Below are positions 16,095-24,060 of a stretch of DNA of 32,000 bases, piece after piece. Below the pieces are notes generated by a model. That model was not told where the DNA came from and searched no databases. It saw nothing but the letters and a program-made list of their open reading frames with translations. The stretch covers positions 45,656-77,655 of the forward strand of contig NZ_MPKA01000065.1 of the NCBI RefSeq assembly GCF_001945605.1, in the 5' to 3' direction. The translations under genes were made by a program, and so were the position numbers. This DNA is from Dubosiella newyorkensis (GTDB lineage: Bacteria > Bacillota_I > Bacilli_A > Erysipelotrichales > Erysipelotrichaceae). Position 1 is the stretch's first letter, and every line of letters begins with the position of its first letter.

Positions 16095-16123
16095 ATTATA
16101 GCAATCTCTAAAATGATAGGCAT
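16095..16123 (-). promoter_or_regulatory. candidate promoter of the hsdM-hsdS-hsdS'-recombinase operon
   Basis: Minus strand extended -10 TGc-TATAAT (16095-16103) with a weak -35 (ATGCCT, 17-nt spacer), ~50 nt upstream of the hsdM ATG. Confidence 0.45.
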
Positions 16124-16163
16124 CTGGAACTAAGTAAAAGTTCGGAAAAAATATGATTTTAAA

Positions 16164-16200
16164 TAAAAAAAAACGAAGCCCTGCTTAACCAAAACTTCGC
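16164..16200 (-). terminator. possible terminator after the alpha/beta hydrolase gene
   Basis: Minus strand GCGAAG-(16 nt loop)-CUUCGU followed by U9. The large loop makes it a weak call. Confidence 0.4.
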
Positions 16201-16206
16201 TTATGT

Positions 16207-16893
16207 TTAACTCTTTTTCAACAAAAACTCCAAGACCACCTTATTAAAAGCTTCAGGATCCTTGTTTGCGACAAAATGATTTCCCTTCAAGATACAAAGT
16301 TTTGCGCCAGGAATCTTCTTTGCGATCGATCTTGTATGTTCTTCCTTGATCATATCGTTATCTCCAGCGATCACGAGCGTCTTTGCTTTGAGCTTGGCAA
16401 GCTCCTCAATATTAATATTTGGATCATGGACCATCAATCCAAGCATTTCCGCATTCGCTTTCGCCTTGTCACTGTTCTTTTCAAAACGCTTCGCGATCCG
16501 ATATACAATTTCGATTGGGATCTGCGTCCTTTTCTTCACACCGCGTGGATTTAAATTCGCGCCATTTAAGATCAAGCGATCCACCATATAAGGATATTTG
16601 AGAGCGAATACCAACGCGATATTTCCACCATCTGAAAATCCAAGCAAATTCGCTTTTTCGATCTGGTGTTCATCCATAAACGATTTTAGATCCTTGGCAA
16701 ATTGACGAATCGTAAAAGGCGCCTCTCCTCTTAGTGTTTTGCCATGACCTCTCGTATCTAAAGCGTAAACATGAAAATGTTTAGAAAAGTCTTCGATCTG
16801 TCCTTCAAAATATGTATGATCTTCTCCATTTCCATGAAGCAAAATCATACAATCTCCCTCTCCTTTTTCTTGATAAAAATGTTTGATATCCAT
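16207..16893 (-). CDS. alpha/beta-fold hydrolase
   Basis: LLHGNGEDH oxyanion region, GFSDGG nucleophile elbow (GxSxG) and a C-terminal His (GNHF). Confidence 0.75.
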   Translation of the reverse strand: MDIKHFYQEKGEGDCMILLHGNGEDHTYFEGQIEDFSKHFHVYALDTRGHGKTLRGEAPFTIRQFAKDLKSFMDEHQIEKANLLGFSDGGNIALVFALKYPYMVDRLILNGANLNPRGVKKRTQIPIEIVYRIAKRFEKNSDKAKANAEMLGLMVHDPNINIEELAKLKAKTLVIAGDNDMIKEEHTRSIAKKIPGAKLCILKGNHFVANKDPEAFNKVVLEFLLKKS

Positions 16894-16973
16894 TCGTAAA
16901 TCCTTTCTTATTTGTTACTATATGAACATCCGCTATTGAAATCCAAAAGCGAATGAGATGAAGGAGGAAAAAA

Positions 16974-17606
16974 ATGAAACGCATTTATATCCACGGATTA
17001 GGACAAACCGCATCCAGCTGGAATCCAGTCCTTGATGCTCTACCAGTCACAAGTGATCAAAATATTTGCCTCGATCTTTCAGCAATGATCCAAAAACAGC
17101 AGACAACCTATTCCAATATTTATTCCTCGTTTTCTAATTTTTGCGATTCACAATCCGAAGAAATCGTTCTATGCGGGCTTTCTTTAGGCAGCGTGCTCGC
17201 GCTCCACTACGCGATCGATCATCCCGATCGAGTCAAAGCGCTCATTTTGATCGCTCCTCAATATAAAATGCCAAAACGCCTTTTAAAAATCCAAAACATG
17301 CTTTTTCGCTGCATGCCAAAATCGATGTTTCTTCAAACAGGCTTTGATAAAGATGATTTTATCACTCTCTGTAAAACGATGATAGACTTGGATTTTAGCG
17401 CTTCTTTGAACAAGATCACTTGTCCCGTTTCCATTCTTTGCGGAGAAAAAGATAAAGCCAACAAAAAAGCGGCAAATGAACTCTTTCACACACTCAAGAA
17501 CGCCCAATACCAAGAAATCAAAAACGCCAGTCACGAAGTCAATGTCGAAGCGCCAGTCCAACTTGCCACGCTCCTTCATCAATTCTATTCGCAAATTGAG
17601 CGCTGA
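16974..17606 (+). CDS. alpha/beta-fold hydrolase
   Basis: IHGLGQTASSW, GLSLGS nucleophile elbow and a C-terminal ASHEV catalytic His context. Confidence 0.7.
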   Translation: MKRIYIHGLGQTASSWNPVLDALPVTSDQNICLDLSAMIQKQQTTYSNIYSSFSNFCDSQSEEIVLCGLSLGSVLALHYAIDHPDRVKALILIAPQYKMPKRLLKIQNMLFRCMPKSMFLQTGFDKDDFITLCKTMIDLDFSASLNKITCPVSILCGEKDKANKKAANELFHTLKNAQYQEIKNASHEVNVEAPVQLATLLHQFYSQIER

Positions 17607-17610
17607 AAAA

Positions 17611-17635
17611 AGGAAGAATGCGATCCATTCTTCCT
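17611..17635. terminator. bidirectional terminator between the convergent hydrolase and nfo genes
   Basis: AGGAAGAATG-CGATC-CATTCTTCCT, a perfect 10-bp stem flanked by A6 and TT. Confidence 0.75.
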
Positions 17636-17647
17636 TTCGTTACTATC

Positions 17648-18502
17648 TTATTGCTCTTTCCAAGAGCGAAGCTGCTCGATCTCTTCTTTATATGGCGGCT
17701 TATTCTCAATGTATGGCGTCTCCAAGATCTTTGTAATCGACTCGAGCTTTGGATGATGAACGATCTTCGCCAACGTCTCAAACCCGATAAACCCATTCCC
17801 GATATTTTCATGCCGGTCTTTACGTGCGCCTCTTTCGTTCTTTGAATCGTTGATATGCAAAACCGCCAAGTTCTCTAGACCAAGGATCGAATCAAACTCG
17901 TCGAGCACCTCGTCAAAAGCCGTAAGATCATAGCCCGCGTCATGAATATGACACGTATCCAAACAAATTTTGATCCGTTCTTTTTTATGGATCTGCTCCC
18001 GGATCTTGGCGAGCTCTTCAAAATTCGAACCGATCTCACTGCCCTTGCCAGCCATCGTCTCTAAAGCGATCACCACATTCGAATCGTCTTGATCCAGCAC
18101 TTGGTTTAGTCCATTGACGATCCACTCTACACCGACTTCAACGCCCGCCTTGACATGCGCTCCAGGATGAAGAACAAGAACACTTGCGCCGATCGCATCG
18201 ACCCTTCTTAGCTCTTCCTGCAAAAATTCCACCCCGAACTCCGCCGTTTCAGGACGCATCGAATTTGCCAAGTTGATAATATAAGGCGCATGAATGATGA
18301 CCCGATCCATTGAAAAATCGTGTTCTTCCATCAATCTCTTGGCCTCTTCGACCTTGAATTTCTCGATTGGGACGCGTTTTGAATTTTGAGGCGGCCCCGT
18401 ATAGATCATGCAAGCGTTGGCATCGTAGGAGAGCGCCTCTTGAATCGAGCCCAACAAATAATTGGGCGCCTTCATCGAAACATGAGAACCAAGAAAAATC
18501 AT
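17648..18502 (-). CDS. nfo: deoxyribonuclease IV (endonuclease IV, AP endonuclease)
   Basis: MIFLGSHVSM...IIHAPYIINLA...LVLHPG...ETMAGKG...CLDTCH...HINDS is the Nfo TIM-barrel metal-ligand pattern. ATG 18502 shares ATGA with the upstream stop. Confidence 0.85.
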   Translation of the reverse strand: MIFLGSHVSMKAPNYLLGSIQEALSYDANACMIYTGPPQNSKRVPIEKFKVEEAKRLMEEHDFSMDRVIIHAPYIINLANSMRPETAEFGVEFLQEELRRVDAIGASVLVLHPGAHVKAGVEVGVEWIVNGLNQVLDQDDSNVVIALETMAGKGSEIGSNFEELAKIREQIHKKERIKICLDTCHIHDAGYDLTAFDEVLDEFDSILGLENLAVLHINDSKNERGARKDRHENIGNGFIGFETLAKIVHHPKLESITKILETPYIENKPPYKEEIEQLRSWKEQ

Positions 18503-19818
18503 TGTTGTTCTCGTTTCGCGCGCTGCTTCATCTTGGCCCGCTCTTTCTTTTGACGCTTGATATCATTTTGAATGATCTCCCGCTTCTTCTTACGGCGTAA
18601 ACGATCGATCTCCTCGCGCTGTCTTTTCTTATAATTCGGCTTGACCTTCTTGCTCTTCTTTTTCACGATTTGAGCGATCTCTTTTTCCAGAGGATCTTTT
18701 TTGCGAGGTTGTTTTTGATCCAACGGCTTCAAAGCGATCCACTCGTTTCGGCGAACATCTTTATGCTCGAACTCGATGCCTTGTCGAATCAAAGCCTCTA
18801 CTGTGCGCACATCCGTCGGTTTATACAAAGCGATACATAAACCATCCCGACCAGCGCGGCCAGTCCGACCAGCTCGGTGGACAAAAAACTTTAGATCTTT
18901 TGGAAAACCGCATGAAATGACATGGGTGATCCCTTCCAAATCGATTCCTCTAGAAGCGATATCGCTCGCCACGATATAGCTTTTCTTTTGCGACTGGATC
19001 TGTCGGATCGCTTGCGCTCTTTGTCTCGATTCAAGTCCAGAATGCAGCTCGACAAGATCATATCCTTCTTCCCGCATACGTTTAGCTGTTTGGGAAGCTT
19101 CCTCGGTCGTGTTGCAGAAAATCAAGCACACATAAGGATTGATCGCCGGGAGTACTTGCAGAAGCTTTTCCTCATACGACATATGCTTGCAAGGAACCAA
19201 ATAATTCTTCACATCGCTTTGATACTTTTCATCTTTGTCAATGCGGACGATTTCAGGATCATGCAAATACTTTTTCAAGAACGGTTCAAGATTTTCGGGA
19301 ATCGTCGCCGAAAAGACATCGATCTGCACATTCTCATCCATCTTCGACAAAATTTGATCCAGATCTTCCAAAAAGCCAAATTCCATCGTCATATCCGCCT
19401 CATCGATCACGACGATCTTGGCAGTATCTAAACGAAGATTCTTCTCATCCAAAAACAAGTCTTTCATTCTTCCTGGCGTTCCGATGACGATTTGCGGAGT
19501 CAGCGTGCCAATATTTTTGTCCATGCCCCCCGTCACGAGCTTCATCCTCACGCCAAAATGACCCGCCAGCCCTTTGAAACGCTCATACAATTGGTAGGCG
19601 AGCTCTCGAGTCGGCGCAGAAATCACCGCCTGCACCTCATCCAAATCCGGATCGACCATCTCTAAGATCGGAATAAAAAAAGCATGCGACTTACCAGAAC
19701 CGGTAGAAGAAATCCCAATAAAATCGCGGTTTTTATTTGTTCGCTTGAGCATCGCCTCCTGTATTGGCGTCAATGTTTTAAAATGCTCAAACTCCATGAT
19801 TTCTTGTAATTTTGACAT
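18499..19818 (-). CDS. DEAD-box ATP-dependent RNA helicase with a basic C-terminal tail
   Basis: Motifs GSGKSHAF (I), PTRELA (Ia), VIDEADM (II), SAT (III) and HRAGRTGRAG (VI). The start is trimmed to ATG 19818, behind an AAGGAGG SD. Confidence 0.9.
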   Translation of the reverse strand: MSKLQEIMEFEHFKTLTPIQEAMLKRTNKNRDFIGISSTGSGKSHAFFIPILEMVDPDLDEVQAVISAPTRELAYQLYERFKGLAGHFGVRMKLVTGGMDKNIGTLTPQIVIGTPGRMKDLFLDEKNLRLDTAKIVVIDEADMTMEFGFLEDLDQILSKMDENVQIDVFSATIPENLEPFLKKYLHDPEIVRIDKDEKYQSDVKNYLVPCKHMSYEEKLLQVLPAINPYVCLIFCNTTEEASQTAKRMREEGYDLVELHSGLESRQRAQAIRQIQSQKKSYIVASDIASRGIDLEGITHVISCGFPKDLKFFVHRAGRTGRAGRDGLCIALYKPTDVRTVEALIRQGIEFEHKDVRRNEWIALKPLDQKQPRKKDPLEKEIAQIVKKKSKKVKPNYKKRQREEIDRLRRKKKREIIQNDIKRQKKERAKMKQRAKREQQ

Positions 19819-19895
19819 AAAGACCTCCTTGTCTTTTTCAGACCTATTATCCCAAAATGATCTCCTTTTTACAAATCTTCTGAAAACAGTGACCA

Positions 19896-19924
19896 TAGAC
19901 AACTTGTAAAAACAAAATTATAAT
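19896..19924 (+). promoter_or_regulatory. sigma-A type promoter of the DUF554 gene
   Basis: TAGACA (19896-19901), 17-nt spacer, TATAAT (19919-19924). Confidence 0.55.
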
Positions 19925-19950
19925 TTGAATTTGAAAGAAGGTTTTTTGAA

Positions 19951-20625
19951 ATGGGAACACTCGTGAATGTAAGCGCCATCGTCTTAGGCGGACTAGGCGG
20001 AATGGTTTTAGGAAAATACTTAAAAGACTCGACACAACAGCTGCTGATGAAGATCAATGGCGTCTGCGTAATATTCCTCTCGATCCAAGGAGCGATGGAA
20101 TACATGCTCAAAGACTCGTATACGATCATGCTCATCGTTTCGCTAGCCATAGGTGCCGTTGTAGGCGAAAGGATCGATATCGAAGGAGCGTTGGAACGAT
20201 TCGGATCCTGGCTCAAACAAAAAACTGGCAACGCCAAAAACAAACTCTTCATGGAAGGGTTCATCACATCGACATTGACTGTATGTATCGGAGCGATGGC
20301 GATCGTAGGCGCCTTGCAGGATGGACTGTTTCACGATCCAAGCACGCTTTATGCCAAGTCGCTGCTCGATCTCATCATTGTTTTTGTCTTAAGCGCTTCG
20401 CTTGGGATCGGATGCCTTTTTTCCGCCATTCCTGTCGGGATACTTCAAGGCACGATCATGCTTTTCTCTTCTTTATTGGCCTTTCTATTGACGGATGGCG
20501 CGCTCGACCAGCTTTCTGTTGTCGGAAATGTCTTGATCTTTTGTGTCGGCCTCAATTTGATCTTTCCTAAAACGATCAAAGTCGCCAACTTGCTGCCTGC
20601 CTTGTTGGTCGTGCTCTTGTTTTAA
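19951..20625 (+). CDS. DUF554-family integral membrane protein
   Basis: MGTLVNVSAIVLGGLGGMVLG start, ~6 TM segments, 224 aa. This matches the DUF554/YdfK-like pattern by recall. Confidence 0.65.
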   Translation: MGTLVNVSAIVLGGLGGMVLGKYLKDSTQQLLMKINGVCVIFLSIQGAMEYMLKDSYTIMLIVSLAIGAVVGERIDIEGALERFGSWLKQKTGNAKNKLFMEGFITSTLTVCIGAMAIVGALQDGLFHDPSTLYAKSLLDLIIVFVLSASLGIGCLFSAIPVGILQGTIMLFSSLLAFLLTDGALDQLSVVGNVLIFCVGLNLIFPKTIKVANLLPALLVVLLF

Positions 20626-20796
20626 ATTCTTACAAGATGCTTAAATTGTTTTCATGCGTAGGATCGGCAAAATCTTCCTCACAAAAAACATAAGAAGAAC
20701 TTATGATAATTACGTTAGTAGCTACCCTTAACGGTTAACTTTTTTAGCTGAAAGAAGGTCCTTTTCAAATCCGCAGAAATCAGCCATAATAAAAGA

Positions 20797-21702
20797 ATGA
20801 AAAACAATACGATTATTGAAGTGACTCCACAAGGCTTTTGTGGAGGTGTTATGAAAGCGATCCAGATCGCTAAAGAAGTAAGAATTCAACATCCAGAAGC
20901 GACGATCACGATCTTAGGTAATCTCGTGCACAATGAGTATGTCAAAAAAGCGCTGTCGGCTATGGAAATCCATACGATCGAAGATCCAAAAAAAACGCGG
21001 CTCGAATTATTAGAAGACGTTCCATCCGGTATCGTCATCTTTACCGCCCATGGTGTCGCTCCTGCCCTTTATGAAAGAGCCAAAGAAAAAGGACTTGTCG
21101 TCTATGATGCCAGCTGTCCTTTCGTCCTGCAGACCCAAAAGATCGTGCAGGAGAAGCTGAAAGAAGGATATTCGATCTTCTACATTGGAAAAAACCACCA
21201 CCCTGAAGCCGAATCGATCTATACTCTTTCCGATGCGGTTTTCTTGATCGAAAAGGAAGCGGACATACCACAGGATATTGAAAACAAGATCTTCGTGACC
21301 AACCAGACGACCATGTCCACCCTCGAGATCCAAGAACTCTTCGACGCGATCGAAGAACGATATCCAAACGCTCTTTTCAACAACGAGATCTGCAACGCCA
21401 CTAGGATCCGTCAAGAAGCGATCCTCAAGCTAAAAGATCAAGCCATCGATCTACTTATCGTTGTTGGCGATCCCAACAGCAACAATACGAACAAGCTTGC
21501 CAGCATCGGAAAAAAAGCGGGCATTCCTCAAGTATTGCTCGTCCAGACGCTTCAAGAACTTAAATCCTACAACCTAGATCTCAACGAACAAAAGATCGCC
21601 ATCACTTCGGGCGCCTCCACCCCAAAATATTTGACCGATCAAATCGTTCAATATCTCAAAACCAACACAGACGAGCCATTCGATCTGAAGAAGGTGCTTT
21701 AA
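20797..21702 (+). CDS. ispH: 4-hydroxy-3-methylbut-2-enyl diphosphate reductase (MEP pathway)
   Basis: PQGFCGGV (Cys1), AHGV, SCPFV (Cys2), NEICNAT (Cys3), SNNTNKL. No SD precedes ATG 20797. Confidence 0.9.
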   Translation: MKNNTIIEVTPQGFCGGVMKAIQIAKEVRIQHPEATITILGNLVHNEYVKKALSAMEIHTIEDPKKTRLELLEDVPSGIVIFTAHGVAPALYERAKEKGLVVYDASCPFVLQTQKIVQEKLKEGYSIFYIGKNHHPEAESIYTLSDAVFLIEKEADIPQDIENKIFVTNQTTMSTLEIQELFDAIEERYPNALFNNEICNATRIRQEAILKLKDQAIDLLIVVGDPNSNNTNKLASIGKKAGIPQVLLVQTLQELKSYNLDLNEQKIAITSGASTPKYLTDQIVQYLKTNTDEPFDLKKVL

Positions 21703-22440
21703 ATGATCTATATCACAGGCGATAAACATGGAGATATTCAAGAAATCGAAATGTTCGCCAAAAAACATAAAACAAGCAAAGACGATATCTTGATCTTATT
21801 AGGAGACGCTGGATTTAATTATTACCGCAAAAAAGACCGCAAAACCAATCTCTATCATAAGATCGAGACCGAAGACGTGTACCAGTATCTCAAAAAGATC
21901 GACCTAACGATCCTTGTGGTTCAAGGCAATCACGAAGCGCCCGCTTGGTGTTGCGATGATGTGCATGAAACCTTTCGTTTTGGCAACACGCTCTACCAAG
22001 CTAATGATGCCGACAATATTTATTATTTAAAAAATGGCGAGATCTATTGGTTCAATGGAAAAAGCTATCTCGTATTAGGCGGGGCTTTCAGCGTTGATCG
22101 CAATTGGAGACACATCCCCTATACGGATGAAGAAGATAGCTGCTGCGGCTATTATTTTCCTGAAGAACAAATGAGCGACGACCAATTCAAACGGGCCTGG
22201 GAATCGATCAAAGAAGCGAACTACAGCGTCCATGGCGTTCTTTCTCACACATGTCCTAAACCGATCGTCCCTTTATACGCGATCGACAAGATCTTAGCTA
22301 ATGATCGTATGGAAACAAAACTTGAAGAGATCGCAAGCCAGCTCCACTTCGACATTTGGTATTTTGGACATTTCCATGACAACCGGATCCTTCAAAAAAA
22401 GTACCACATGCTTTTTGAGCAAGTAGTACCTCTAGAATAA
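21703..22440 (+). CDS. calcineurin-like metallophosphoesterase
   Basis: GDKHGD, GDAGFN and GNHE are metallophosphoesterase motifs I-III, with later GHFH. The ATG directly abuts the ispH TAA (TAAATG). Confidence 0.7.
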   Translation: MIYITGDKHGDIQEIEMFAKKHKTSKDDILILLGDAGFNYYRKKDRKTNLYHKIETEDVYQYLKKIDLTILVVQGNHEAPAWCCDDVHETFRFGNTLYQANDADNIYYLKNGEIYWFNGKSYLVLGGAFSVDRNWRHIPYTDEEDSCCGYYFPEEQMSDDQFKRAWESIKEANYSVHGVLSHTCPKPIVPLYAIDKILANDRMETKLEEIASQLHFDIWYFGHFHDNRILQKKYHMLFEQVVPLE

Positions 22441-22445
22441 ATACG

Positions 22446-22820
22446 CTATATTTTATGAACTTCTCTTGTCGCGACAAGATCGACATTCGTATTTGCGATG
22501 TTTTCGACAAGGATCTCTCCGATCTGGATCGGTGCCTGCACTATTACATCTTGAAGAAGCTCCATGATCTCGCCGATCTTTTCTTTTGGGATCGGCGCTT
22601 TTGTTTTGCAGGAAACCATGCGCCAGTCTCCATCGACAACAGGAAGACTTGTTGTCACGATCCTAGCCGGATGCTCGATTTCGCTATAGGCATACGCCTT
22701 TCCTCTAGGACACGTGTTTCCTTTTACCGAACACACCTTTCCCTGCTCGATCAGGACTTCGAGCGAACAGCCTAAAGGACAGTTGATACACGTCAATTGT
22801 TTGAACATATTCTTACTCAC
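22446..22820 (-). CDS. DUF1667 domain protein (third subunit-like partner of the FAD G3P dehydrogenase cluster)
   Basis: The N-terminal CINCPLGC cysteine motif, 124 aa length and position after two FAD oxidoreductases match the DUF1667 pattern by recall. Confidence 0.65.
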   Translation of the reverse strand: MSKNMFKQLTCINCPLGCSLEVLIEQGKVCSVKGNTCPRGKAYAYSEIEHPARIVTTSLPVVDGDWRMVSCKTKAPIPKEKIGEIMELLQDVIVQAPIQIGEILVENIANTNVDLVATREVHKI

Positions 22821-24060
22821 TCTCTATCCAAATCGAAGACGGATTCGATGAAAGCCATTCTCTTTTCAAAGTGATCGTCTCCATTTCGCCTGGGGCCATG
22901 ATCCTGCGCGGAAAACGAACGATCTTCTTACCATCGATATAGACTTGGATCGCTCCATCCTGGATCACGCTTCCCACCCGAAAACGCACGACAACATCTT
23001 CTTTTCCATTCTTTAAATCGATCTTAGAAGGAATCACATACCGTGTCTTTCCTTTGGGCTCGATCGAAACGAAATCTTGACTTTTTTTCAAATCCCCTAA
23101 CACGTATTCTGCCGCTTTTTTACCCGCCAGAGATGCTTCTTGACTCACAAAATCGACAAGATCATGAACATGAAGGACATTTCCGCACGCGAAGATCCCA
23201 TCCACGCTCGTCTGCAAAGAATCACTGACAATAGCTCCTTTCGTGATCGGATCCATTTCAAGCTTGGCCTGCGCGCTCAATTCATTTTCCGGGATCAAAC
23301 CACAACTGAACAAAATCGTATCGCACGCATATTCTTTTTCCGTCCCTAAAATCGGCTTTCGGTCTTGATCGACTTTAGCGAGGACGACCCCTTCGACCCG
23401 GTCTTTCCCTAGGATCTTTACGATCGTATGCTCCAAAAACAACGGAATGTGATAGTCCTCTAGACATTGGACGATATTACGCTTAAGACCGGATGAGTAA
23501 GGCATGATCTCGGCCACCGCATGGACTTTCGCTCCTTCTAAAGTCATTCGCCGAGCCATGATCAAACCAATATCCCCAGATCCTAAGATTACGACATCCT
23601 TCCCAGGTAAAAATCCATCTAGATTGACGAGCTTTTGAGCCGTGCCTGCGGAATAGATGCCAGCCCCTCGAAAGCCAGGAATATTCAGAGCGCCTCTAGG
23701 CCTTTCACGGCAACCCATCGCCAAAATGATCGCCTGCGCTTGAATGACTTCGATTCCTTGTTCCGAAATGAACCGAACATTTTTTTGATCGTCGATTGAA
23801 AGCACCATCGTGTTAAGTCGATATGGGATCGAATGCTCGTTGACTTGATCGATATATCGCTTGGCGTACTCAGGCCCAGTCAATTCTTCATGAAACGTGT
23901 GCAAACCAAACCCATTGTGAATACACTGATTCAAGATCCCGCCTAGACAAGCATCTCGTTCTAAAATCAAAAGATCGTCGACACCATTCTTTTTGGCTTC
24001 GATCGCTGCAGCAAGCCCAGCAGGTCCTCCACCAATGATCAATAACTGCTTATGTTCCAT
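22813..24060 (-). CDS. FAD/NAD(P)-dependent pyridine nucleotide-disulfide family oxidoreductase
   Basis: N-terminal IIGGGPAGLAAA dinucleotide fold, a second GSGDIG Rossmann motif and a GDV-like ACGNV motif. Confidence 0.75.
   Translation of the reverse strand: MEHKQLLIIGGGPAGLAAAIEAKKNGVDDLLILERDACLGGILNQCIHNGFGLHTFHEELTGPEYAKRYIDQVNEHSIPYRLNTMVLSIDDQKNVRFISEQGIEVIQAQAIILAMGCRERPRGALNIPGFRGAGIYSAGTAQKLVNLDGFLPGKDVVILGSGDIGLIMARRMTLEGAKVHAVAEIMPYSSGLKRNIVQCLEDYHIPLFLEHTIVKILGKDRVEGVVLAKVDQDRKPILGTEKEYACDTILFSCGLIPENELSAQAKLEMDPITKGAIVSDSLQTSVDGIFACGNVLHVHDLVDFVSQEASLAGKKAAEYVLGDLKKSQDFVSIEPKGKTRYVIPSKIDLKNGKEDVVVRFRVGSVIQDGAIQVYIDGKKIVRFPRRIMAPGEMETITLKREWLSSNPSSIWIESE

Noticed and set aside
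11323-16206. Inverted hsdS copy or inverted repeats that would make a classical inversion shufflon; att-like direct repeats flanking the island
   Set aside because: By eye I found no reverse-complement copy of either conserved box (TGCTTGGGAACAGCGTAGG or TTATCACCCTTCATCAG) in the window. I also saw no convincing shared sequence at the two island borders. A computational repeat search is needed to be sure.
20626-20796. 171-nt gap upstream of ispH examined for a riboswitch, sRNA or tRNA (hairpins CATAAG-AAGAA-CTTATG at 20689-20705 and CGTTA...TAACG near 20713-20733)
   Set aside because: The hairpins are short and AT-rich with no conserved riboswitch motif that I recognise and no cloverleaf. 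This is most likely just a weak terminator and promoter region.
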